Of a stretch of DNA of 32,000 nucleotides, positions 16,418 through 24,357 are shown piece by piece (within the stretch, counting starts at the first letter, position 1; each line of letters opens with the position of its first letter). The stretch is taken from contig DIRZ01000002.1 of the NCBI GenBank assembly GCA_002421785.1, forward strand, positions 180,001 through 212,000, given 5' to 3'. A program made the position numbers and the translations under genes. The stretch comes from Candidatus Saccharimonadota bacterium. GTDB lineage: Bacteria; Patescibacteriota; Saccharimonadia; Saccharimonadales; Saccharimonadaceae. Below the pieces are notes generated by a model. That model made no database searches and had not been told where the DNA came from. It was given only the letters and a program-made list of their open reading frames with translations.

Positions 16418-16972
16418 ATGAAAATATATCACTCATCCCAGCAGCGTCCATTGCGCTTCGTGGCAATTGCCACGGGGATTATCGTGGTTGCGATGCTTGG
16501 GTGGTTGGCTTACGCATATAGTCAGCAAAAGTGGCCATTCGCCGCACAAACGACCGACTCCGCAACCGCTCCTCAAAATACGGTTGATTACAACGAGCCG
16601 ACCGAAGACCAAGTGTCGGCCGGTGTAGCCGCCAAAGAAAAGGTAGCCAAAGACGCCACCACACCATCCACTGAACCATCGAGCACCCCAACTATCCCCG
16701 TCTCCTTTACATCCGTACAACCTGGGGAAACCGTATACATACGAACACTTATTGGTGCTGTCACATCAGGCGCGACCTGTTCACTCACTATGAGCGGTCC
16801 GAACAGCAAGTCCTACACCGCTTCTACAGGCGTTCAAGCGCTTTCAAGTAGCTCTACTTGTCAGGGATTCAATGTACCAATGTCCAATCTCGCACCTGGT
16901 AACTGGACGATCACCGTCACAGTTACAGATGGCGCGTCAACAGGCGCGGCGACAACGGAGAAAACACTATGA
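16418..16972 (+). CDS. Membrane-anchored protein with a Ser/Thr/Pro-rich linker and a small beta-rich ectodomain, unknown function
   Basis: 184 aa with a TM helix (FVAIATGIIVVAMLGWLAYAY) and the linker ATTPSTEPSSTPTIP. The C-terminal ~90 aa contain two Cys. The stop overlaps the next gene's ATG (ATGA at 16969-16972). A TATAAT lies at 16392-16397, 20 nt upstream. Confidence 0.6.
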   Translation: MKIYHSSQQRPLRFVAIATGIIVVAMLGWLAYAYSQQKWPFAAQTTDSATAPQNTVDYNEPTEDQVSAGVAAKEKVAKDATTPSTEPSSTPTIPVSFTSVQPGETVYIRTLIGAVTSGATCSLTMSGPNSKSYTASTGVQALSSSSTCQGFNVPMSNLAPGNWTITVTVTDGASTGAATTEKTL

Positions 16973-19422
16973 TAGTGCGACTCGTTGCACTGCTTGTCCT
17001 GCCGATTCTCGCCGCTATCGGCTTGTCGAGCGGCACCGCACACGCTGCGACTTTTGATCCAGGCCGCATTATTGACGATGTCATCTTCACCAATGCGTCC
17101 ACGATGTCCGTGGCTCAGATTCAAAATTTCCTTAATAGCAAAGTACCGACCTGTGATACTAACGGCACACTCCCTGCGTCAGACTTCGGTAGGCCCGACC
17201 TGACCCATGCGCAATACGCCGCAATGCGCGGCTGGCAGGCACCCCCCTATACTTGCTTAAAAGACTTTAATGAAGGTGGACGTTCGGCTGCGCAGATAAT
17301 ATACGACGTTTCACAGCAATACCAAATTAACCCACAGGTATTTATTGTACTCCTCCAAAAAGAATCCAGCCTTGTTACCGATACGTGGCCACTTAGCTGG
17401 CAATATCGTTCTGCGACCGGCTATGGCTGTCCTGATAGCACTCCCGGTGTCTGCGATTCATCCTACTATGGATTCACGAACCAAGTAAGCTGGGCTGGGC
17501 GACTTTTCCGTTCGGTCATTAACCAAAGTCCTGGCTGGTACTCGCCTTATGTGAAGGGACAGAACTTTATTCAATGGAGCCCGATCGCGAGCTGTGGCGG
17601 CTCGATCGTCAATGTCCAGAACTGGTCTACGGCAGCGCTATACGACTACACACCCTACCAGCCCAATGCCTCAGCACTAAATGCCGGTTACGGTATGGGT
17701 GACGCCTGTGGTGCATACGGTAACCGCAACTTCTTCCTTTACTTCAATGACTGGTTCGGCTCCACTCAAACACCAAGCTACTCATGGCAATTCATGGGTC
17801 AATATGCATACACCGACTCATCAAAGACTGTACCAGCAAATCTCTCAACTCTAATGCCAGGTCAGCGTATTTACCTCGGGTTCACTGCCAAAAATACCGG
17901 GAACCAAACCTGGTATAACAACGGTGTCAATCCTGTTCGAGTAGGAACGACCAGAGGATTCAATCGCGCAAGTAGCTTCTACGATAGCACCTGGCTTGGT
18001 TATGGAAGACCAGCAAACCTCAAGGAGGCCAGTGTTGCCCCGGGCGCAGTAGGTACTTTCGAATTCTGGATAACAGTTCCGCCCGTTGCGCAAATATCTA
18101 ATTTTTCTGAATATTTCGCACCTCTCGCTGAGGGTGCCGTCTGGATGGAAGACTGGGGTATGCACTATACAATGCGTGTGTCGCCGCCCATATACACCTG
18201 GTCGCTGATTGGGCAAGCTGCGTATACTGACGAGACAATGTCTACACCTACGGGACTAGACAGTATGACGCCTGGACAGCGGAAATACATAAATCTAGTG
18301 ATAAAGAATACCGGCAACGTTACCTGGTCTAATACGGGAAGTAACCCTATAAATCTAGGGACGACACGAGCGACTGATAGGTCAAGTGCATTCTACGACT
18401 CAACTTGGGTCAGCCCTGGGCGTCCCGCCCGGATGCAAGAGGCGTCCGTGGCACCAGGACAAAATGCAACCTTTAGATTCTGGATGAAGAGCCCGACCCT
18501 GCTGCAGTCAAATAATTATCGAGAGTACTTTGCCCCGCTAGCCGAAGGCTTGGCTTGGATGCCAGACAATGGGCTAAATTACACAATTCATACCAGCGCT
18601 GCCGTATTCACCTGGTCGCTGGTCGGGCAAGCTGCGTATACTGACGAGACGATGTCTACGCCTACAGGGCTAGATGTCATGAATCCTGAAGAGCGAAAAT
18701 ACCTTCACTTGGTCATTAAAAATACAGGCAATACCACCTGGCTAAACACGGGCCCGAACCCCATTAACCTAGGAACAACACGTGCAACCGATCGGCTTAG
18801 CAGCTTCTTTGATGAGTCATGGATTGGTCAATCCCGTCCCGCCCGCATGCAAGAGGCGTCCGTGGCACCAGGACAAAATGCAACCTTTAGATTCTGGATG
18901 AAGGCGCCCCATTCATGGACCGATAAAACCTACCTAGAATATTTCACACCAGTTGCCGAGGGGATTGCATGGATGCCTGACATTGGGCTTAACTACTATA
19001 TTCGATCAATGGGCGCGAAATACACCTGGTCTCCGGGTGCGCTCTCTGCGTACACAGACTCTTCGAAGGCAACACCGGTCGATCTTTCTACTCTCACATC
19101 AGGCCAACGAGTATATATTAGCTTCAGCGCAACAAATACCGGCAATATCATATGGAAGAATACCGGCAGCTTTCCTTTGCGTGTAGGGACTACAAATCCC
19201 AATGACCGCATAAGCCAGCTCTGCGATCCGACATGGATATCATGCACACGCCCCACGGTAGTACGAGAATCAGCCGTCGGTCCTGGACAGATAGGTACTT
19301 TTGAATACTGGGTCAAAGCACCATCCAATAGCGGCAATTACATCGAGAATCTTAATCTATTGAGCGAACGTCGAGCATGGCTGACGAGTGCCGGATTTAG
19401 TTATACGCTGAACGTTCAATAG
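16969..19422 (+). CDS. Secreted protein: N-terminal conserved Cys-containing domain (possible cell-wall hydrolase) plus four tandem FW/NBR1-like Ig-fold repeats
   Basis: 817 aa with a signal peptide (...GTAHA-A). Residues ~27-268 contain FDPGRIIDDVIFTN, AAQIIYDVSQQYQINPQVFIVLLQKESSLVTDTWP and YGNRNFFLYFNDWFG. Four repeats of ~135-138 aa each carry four conserved Trp (NTGN.TW / STW / FW / AW). Confidence 0.8.
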   Translation: MIVRLVALLVLPILAAIGLSSGTAHAATFDPGRIIDDVIFTNASTMSVAQIQNFLNSKVPTCDTNGTLPASDFGRPDLTHAQYAAMRGWQAPPYTCLKDFNEGGRSAAQIIYDVSQQYQINPQVFIVLLQKESSLVTDTWPLSWQYRSATGYGCPDSTPGVCDSSYYGFTNQVSWAGRLFRSVINQSPGWYSPYVKGQNFIQWSPIASCGGSIVNVQNWSTAALYDYTPYQPNASALNAGYGMGDACGAYGNRNFFLYFNDWFGSTQTPSYSWQFMGQYAYTDSSKTVPANLSTLMPGQRIYLGFTAKNTGNQTWYNNGVNPVRVGTTRGFNRASSFYDSTWLGYGRPANLKEASVAPGAVGTFEFWITVPPVAQISNFSEYFAPLAEGAVWMEDWGMHYTMRVSPPIYTWSLIGQAAYTDETMSTPTGLDSMTPGQRKYINLVIKNTGNVTWSNTGSNPINLGTTRATDRSSAFYDSTWVSPGRPARMQEASVAPGQNATFRFWMKSPTLLQSNNYREYFAPLAEGLAWMPDNGLNYTIHTSAAVFTWSLVGQAAYTDETMSTPTGLDVMNPEERKYLHLVIKNTGNTTWLNTGPNPINLGTTRATDRLSSFFDESWIGQSRPARMQEASVAPGQNATFRFWMKAPHSWTDKTYLEYFTPVAEGIAWMPDIGLNYYIRSMGAKYTWSPGALSAYTDSSKATPVDLSTLTSGQRVYISFSATNTGNIIWKNTGSFPLRVGTTNPNDRISQLCDPTWISCTRPTVVRESAVGPGQIGTFEYWVKAPSNSGNYIENLNLLSERRAWLTSAGFSYTLNVQ
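17779..19419 (+). repeat. Four tandem coding repeats of about 414 bp (FW/NBR1-like domains)
   Basis: The repeat 2 and repeat 3 starts (18193 and 18607) are exactly 414 nt apart. A 69-nt tract at 18421-18489 matches 18835-18903 at 68 of 69 positions. Confidence 0.85.
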
Positions 19423-19425
19423 TCC

Positions 19426-20727
19426 TTAGTAACTAAGCGCGTCCTGAAGCTGCGCGTAAGATTCGTCCCAGGTAAATACTCGGTATTGACTAGCTACCTT
19501 CTTATTCGCTTCTTCGTATCGCTTTTCTGCGACGTAATAGTGTATTTTCTCCATACACTCCCTGGGATCATACGGCAGGAAGTAGTCGACCAGCCCATCA
19601 CCAATTTCAAGCATTGACGATAAGCCCGACGATAAACAGAATTTACCGTGCTGCAATGACTCAGCAATTGGCAATCCCCACCCCTCGGCGATCGATGGGA
19701 AAATAGTGAACATACAGTTATCATATAACCAGCTCAGCTCAGTATCGGAAACCTTATCGAGCCAGGTTATTCGGGTCTTCGCATACGGATCGTGGTTAAT
19801 CAAGTGACGCAAGTCGCCACTCAGCCACCCCGGCCTCCCTGCAATAACAATTGGCGGAATTTCTCGTTGTTCAATTTGGGCTAATTTTACTGCTTGATAA
19901 ATAAGCTGGTAGTTCTTTCGTACCTCAAACGTACCAACTGCTAGAATAAACTCCGCCGCATCGAAGGATTGAGGCTTCGCTGACGTTGCGGAACTTATCG
20001 GGTTATCCCCAAGCCGTACCACACGTATTTTTGGCTGTTTTATCTCATGCTCGGTGCAGTATGTCTCGATGTCGCTCTTTGTCGCCTGTGATATGACTGT
20101 AATTATGTCTGCGCTCTTAATCGCGACTGCCATGTATTCCCCAAACTTTACCGACAGTTCCTCGGCAAAAAGTTGAGGTTGATATATGGGGAGTATGTCG
20201 TTAATGTGCTGGCAAAGGCGAATACCAACATGTTCTTTTGTTTCGATAATGCGCTGCAAGATAATAGGGCTATTCCAGCCGGCGCCCAACAATACAACGA
20301 GATCACCCTTTTCAAATACAGCATCAGGGAAAGCACTATTCACAGAAATTACCTGCTCATGAAACAAAAAGGATTTTGCTACAACAATACGGTGCAAGAT
20401 TGCTCGTGTAACATGGTTCACGACCCTTACGTAGGGCCGTAGCCTCTCTTTACTTCGACCTGACAAACGGTAGTATGGCCCGCCCAGCATAAGCCGTAGC
20501 TTATGCCGACGCGTTACGCGCCCGACCATCGCCCCCGCTATGTCCCTAGACCGTTCCTCTACATCTGCAAGAGTTACCTCGAAGAATCTATCGACGAGCT
20601 CATCATATGCAAAGAACCTTGCCCCATCAGTCTCCAATCGTACCGAATACTCATATATTACCCGTTGAATACCCGTAAAGCTCCCACGCCATATCATCAA
20701 ATCGGTTATATCAATCCACTTTGTCAT
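19426..20727 (-). CDS. Glycosyltransferase family 4
   Basis: I set the start at MTKWIDITDL (ATG, complement of 20725-20727), which forms an ATGA overlap with the upstream gene's stop. TGIQRVIYEY lies near the N-terminus, and the E-x7-E region is FPSIAEGWGLPIAESLQHGKFCLSS. Confidence 0.85.
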   Translation of the reverse strand: MTKWIDITDLMIWRGSFTGIQRVIYEYSVRLETDGARFFAYDELVDRFFEVTLADVEERSRDIAGAMVGRVTRRHKLRLMLGGPYYRLSGRSKERLRPYVRVVNHVTRAILHRIVVAKSFLFHEQVISVNSAFPDAVFEKGDLVVLLGAGWNSPIILQRIIETKEHVGIRLCQHINDILPIYQPQLFAEELSVKFGEYMAVAIKSADIITVISQATKSDIETYCTEHEIKQPKIRVVRLGDNPISSATSAKPQSFDAAEFILAVGTFEVRKNYQLIYQAVKLAQIEQREIPPIVIAGRPGWLSGDLRHLINHDPYAKTRITWLDKVSDTELSWLYDNCMFTIFPSIAEGWGLPIAESLQHGKFCLSSGLSSMLEIGDGLVDYFLPYDPRECMEKIHYYVAEKRYEEANKKVASQYRVFTWDESYAQLQDALSY

Positions 20728-22940
20728 AATGAAACACCGCACCCCGCACTTAAATTATCAATTCTCATATTAAACCCTTTGTCGTTAGTAATAGTGAATA
20801 CATCACCCGTACTACCTGTCCATCGAATACTACTATATTGATCTGTGATTTGCTGCATAACCAGCACGTCAGCACCCCTTTTTATCGTAAGACCCCCGCT
20901 ATCACCCACGGCTGCCATTTTTATGTCAAAACACATTGGCGCGTCGGTTACCTTTGCGCCCAGAAGTGAAGCAATCGTGAGCTCAGCCTTATTCAGTAAC
21001 TCATACTCTGTCGCCAGCGGTGATTGAATGTTAGGTAGGTTGACCGCATAACCCTTAGTTATGGCTAGTATATTGCTGAGTGTGGCCCCGGAGTTAAGCG
21101 TAACAAGGGCAACCGTCGGGTCGGTATCCTCTCTTATCATCTTTAGTGAGTAGACGACTGGTTTTTCCGACTGGACAACACTAATGTTACTACCAAGCCT
21201 AGAAGCAATAGCCTCAACCGGTTCACCATGAACTACAATCGCATCAATTCCAAGATACCGAAGCGCTGGGAGTGTCTGTGGATCGCCAAGGTCTTTTAGG
21301 GAAATGTGTTCATTCTCTTTTGAATCAGTCGATAAGACACTATTGAATAGCTTCTTACCGTGTACGGCCTGCATGGTCATGTAATATACAACCGAATCAT
21401 GTTCTAACCCAATACGATCGAGAGGGTATTCAGCTATAGCGTCGATAGACGAGGTGTCTTTCACTACCCTGTACGCCTTTGGCACATCCCTCTCATAACT
21501 AAACGTCATAGGAGAAAAAGGGCTATTTATTTGATATTCCAAGAGCACACCACAGAATACTAAGACGAGCAACAGCCAGGAGAGCCACTTCGGAAACTTG
21601 CGGGTTTTGATTACTGTCAACAGGTACGCAAGTGCGATTGAAGCGCCGGCAACAACCGCAATATTCACTACCAAAAACTCACGCGCAAAAATACGCCACA
21701 TGGTTGTCACCTCAAGAATTACACCGCTCAGCGTATATAGCCCACCGTACTTTGGTGGCATTCCCGCCCAAAATGCAACCAAAGCAAGAACTGTCAGTGT
21801 AGTAATGACGAATACCGTGCTATACCTGTGCACCCTAAATGCTACGTTACGCTTCTTCCACCGGAGATAGAGGGAAGTTATCACACCAATAAGCAGGACT
21901 AGGCCGAGAGTCAAGCTTACCGACACCCTACTTTCACCAAACCCACACCAATGGCGCATGCCGACGTTCTTTGCCGTATAACCACTTCCAAATATACCAA
22001 CCAGATGAATATTCGTAGGATCGGGCAATAGGTAGTCAATCGGAGTATTGCTACATAGCGTAGCGGCGGCAACTATATCACCACGCATTTTTCCCACTGT
22101 CGTTTCGATGGCGCCAGCATCACGTATGCGCACAGTAGCAATCGGGGCTATACATACGACAAACGCTACCATAGCCAACAAAATCGGGACGACGTACGGC
22201 TTTACTAACACAGCCAAATGATGAAGTGATAAGCGATGCCTATGGTGCCATATCCCCAGCAACATCCAAGCAACGGTTACAGAACCCACAATTGTTGCGG
22301 AGAGTAATATAAAATACGGGTCGAGGTAGGCGGATAGGGCAAGAAGTACGCCAAATAAAACCGCCGCCCACTTCTTTCTAGTCTGTAATAGATGAATATA
22401 TAGCCACAGAATTCCGATTAATAATGCCGCGTATCCGTAGTTCGGATGGCCACCCACCTTGCTTTGCACGTACGGCGTGAATGCAACGGCATAACCAGCA
22501 ATTAATGCCACCCACTTGTTGCGCGTTAAGTACGCGATAAATAGGCACATCACAACACCAGTCAGGATATAACCGACGATGTTATAGAGGTTGTATGCGC
22601 ACATTGCACCAACTACCTTTGACGACACGTTCATCGCAACAGTCTGAATAGATGCGACGTAGCCCACTGGACTATATAGCGATTCACCATAGGGATAGTT
22701 CGTGCTTGTCTGGGGACCCCCGAATAGCGGCTGCTCGGGTTTAAGTGAGTTGCGCCAAATCGGCCCACCGGTGCTATCACCAAAACCATATATTGAATCA
22801 TTACACTGCGTAAAACCTGGCCCCATATAGTAAGAGGTAAAGAATACATATGAACCAATCATTACGAACACAAACCAAGTCCTACAAAAGTAGGCGGCTG
22901 CTGAACCGATGACACTCAAAACCCTATCCATGTACCCCAT
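20724..22940 (-). CDS. Large polytopic membrane protein with a C-terminal extracytoplasmic domain; putative GT-C-fold glycosyltransferase (function uncertain)
   Basis: 738 aa. There are roughly 12-14 hydrophobic helices in the first ~480 aa and an Asp-containing first loop (CNDSIYGFGDSTGGPIWRN). A soluble C-terminal domain of ~250 aa follows. It is translationally coupled (ATGA) to the downstream GT4. The fold assignment is inferred from architecture only. Confidence 0.55.
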   Translation of the reverse strand: MGYMDRVLSVIGSAAAYFCRTWFVFVMIGSYVFFTSYYMGPGFTQCNDSIYGFGDSTGGPIWRNSLKPEQPLFGGPQTSTNYPYGESLYSPVGYVASIQTVAMNVSSKVVGAMCAYNLYNIVGYILTGVVMCLFIAYLTRNKWVALIAGYAVAFTPYVQSKVGGHPNYGYAALLIGILWLYIHLLQTRKKWAAVLFGVLLALSAYLDPYFILLSATIVGSVTVAWMLLGIWHHRHRLSLHHLAVLVKPYVVPILLAMVAFVVCIAPIATVRIRDAGAIETTVGKMRGDIVAAATLCSNTPIDYLLPDPTNIHLVGIFGSGYTAKNVGMRHWCGFGESRVSVSLTLGLVLLIGVITSLYLRWKKRNVAFRVHRYSTVFVITTLTVLALVAFWAGMPPKYGGLYTLSGVILEVTTMWRIFAREFLVVNIAVVAGASIALAYLLTVIKTRKFPKWLSWLLLVLVFCGVLLEYQINSPFSPMTFSYERDVPKAYRVVKDTSSIDAIAEYPLDRIGLEHDSVVYYMTMQAVHGKKLFNSVLSTDSKENEHISLKDLGDPQTLPALRYLGIDAIVVHGEPVEAIASRLGSNISVVQSEKPVVYSLKMIREDTDPTVALVTLNSGATLSNILAITKGYAVNLPNIQSPLATEYELLNKAELTIASLLGAKVTDAPMCFDIKMAAVGDSGGLTIKRGADVLVMQQITDQYSSIRWTGSTGDVFTITNDKGFNMRIDNLSAGCGVSL

Positions 22941-22941
22941 T

Positions 22942-22962
22942 CTAGCATTTTAATCCGTACAT
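22942..22962 (-). other. Six-codon upstream ORF (MYGLKC-stop) with a strong SD, ending 1 nt before the ATG of the 738-aa gene
   Basis: The reverse strand reads AAGGGAGG TTACAT ATG TAC GGA TTA AAA TGC TAG A ATG GGG. The SD is the complement of 22969-22976. The main ORF has no SD of its own. Confidence 0.35.
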
Positions 22963-23004
22963 ATGTAACCTCCCTTACCTAAACAATGTCGTACAAGTGC
23001 TAAA

Positions 23005-23013
23005 TGCTACAAT
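23005..23013 (+). promoter_or_regulatory. Putative extended -10 promoter TGCTACAAT for the + strand glycan operon
   Basis: The sequence reads aaaTGCTACAATggtaag, about 41 nt upstream of ATG 23055. A second TATAAT (23049-23054) abuts the ATG and is too close to serve it. Confidence 0.35.
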
Positions 23014-23054
23014 GGTAAGTATGAACTGGTCATTAACCATGCCAAAAATATAAT

Positions 23055-24290
23055 ATGAAAAAAGAAATCTTATTCTATATAGTACTAACAAGTATCGCAT
23101 CTCTTGTAAATTACCTCGTCTATCCACTTCTGGGCCGAATTCTCCCCGGGGATCAGTACGTTGAAATGACCGTGTCACTTACGCTTTTGACACAAGTCAC
23201 GACATTTCTTTCGTCTATCATTGCTGTGACAATCGGTATCTCAAAAAGCAAAAGCTCCGAGAAGGTAAAGCAAAAGCTAACAGACTTACAGTCTATACTT
23301 TTTCAAGTTTTTCTCATCATCATCTTATTCTTTCTAGCTACTTCGCCTCTAACGCTCCCCCTAACCCATACACCCGTCTCGTACTCTATTCCTATTAGTA
23401 TCATGATGTTATTGACAATTCCTATTACTCTCATATCTGGTTACTTGAATGGGAAGAATCGGCTAAAGAAGCTGGGAGGAATTATACTCTTTTCAGCCAT
23501 CCTTCAGGCCACGATTGGCATATCTGCTGCTGTTACTATGCATAACGGACTAGCGACTATCTACGCTATGTGTTTAGCGCAGATCATAGCGGTGGTGATT
23601 ATATACGCAATCATTAAAGAAGAGCACCTGCCAAATCCATTGGGTTCTTTACGCTTACATATGTCTTTTTCAGATCCATCAAATCGTAAGTTAATCTTTA
23701 ATGTACTTGCAGCAGGGGTCTCAATTCTAGCGCTAAGCTTAACTCAACTACTAGATCTGATTGTTGTTCAGGATATAGCCGATACAAACATCAAGCAATA
23801 TACCGACCTCTACATTATAAGTAGAATGGTATTCTTTGCTGGGATGATATTTATATGGCCGTTCTTGGGTCAAATAGATGTTGTGAATAAGCTCAGAAAT
23901 CGTCTTCTTTTCTTGAAATTGCTAGGGGTATTCCTGCTCGTATCAATCATCACGATATTAGCAATGGCATTAGCCGGGAGTAGTATTATTCATATTCTCT
24001 TTGGAAGCATAGCTCCGATGCCACACATACTAACCCTGGTCACACTATCGGTAGTCTACAAACTCTGCCTCCTTATCATTACAGCAGTCGCACTTTACCT
24101 AATAGTCTTACAGAGATACAGCTTTATTTCTTTATGCCTACTTACGAGTGCATCATTGTATGTATACTCACGAATTGCGGGCGACATGCTTAGCACCATT
24201 CCAGCCCTAGTCGGTTTAAATATAATTGTCATAATTTGCGCACTTTGTGGGTTATTGCTTGTTTTCACAGACAAGAATAGCCAAAAATAA
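23055..24290 (+). CDS. Wzx-like oligosaccharide flippase (MOP superfamily polysaccharide biosynthesis protein)
   Basis: 411 aa and about 12 predicted TM helices. The N-terminus (ILFYIVLTSIASLVNYLVYPLLGRIL) is typical of the family. The gene is markedly AT-rich. Confidence 0.7.
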   Translation: MKKEILFYIVLTSIASLVNYLVYPLLGRILPGDQYVEMTVSLTLLTQVTTFLSSIIAVTIGISKSKSSEKVKQKLTDLQSILFQVFLIIILFFLATSPLTLPLTHTPVSYSIPISIMMLLTIPITLISGYLNGKNRLKKLGGIILFSAILQATIGISAAVTMHNGLATIYAMCLAQIIAVVIIYAIIKEEHLPNPLGSLRLHMSFSDPSNRKLIFNVLAAGVSILALSLTQLLDLIVVQDIADTNIKQYTDLYIISRMVFFAGMIFIWPFLGQIDVVNKLRNRLLFLKLLGVFLLVSIITILAMALAGSSIIHILFGSIAPMPHILTLVTLSVVYKLCLLIITAVALYLIVLQRYSFISLCLLTSASLYVYSRIAGDMLSTIPALVGLNIIVIICALCGLLLVFTDKNSQK

Positions 24291-24343
24291 AGAGACTGAG
24301 GGCCCCGCCTTAGCCGGTATTCTCTCCAGCATACTCTTTGTTG

Positions 24344-24349
24344 TATAAT
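24344..24349 (+). promoter_or_regulatory. Putative internal -10 box TATAAT, 5 nt before GTG 24355 and 8 nt before ATG 24358
   Basis: The sequence reads ttgTATAATgaaatGTGATG. Confidence 0.3.
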
Positions 24350-24357
24350 GAAATGTG

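Noticed and set aside
22975-23178. The track ORF 22975..23178 (- strand, 67 aa) in the divergent promoter region
   Set aside because: It overlaps the 5' end of the flippase gene in antisense and spans the putative promoters. It has no SD or recognisable motif.
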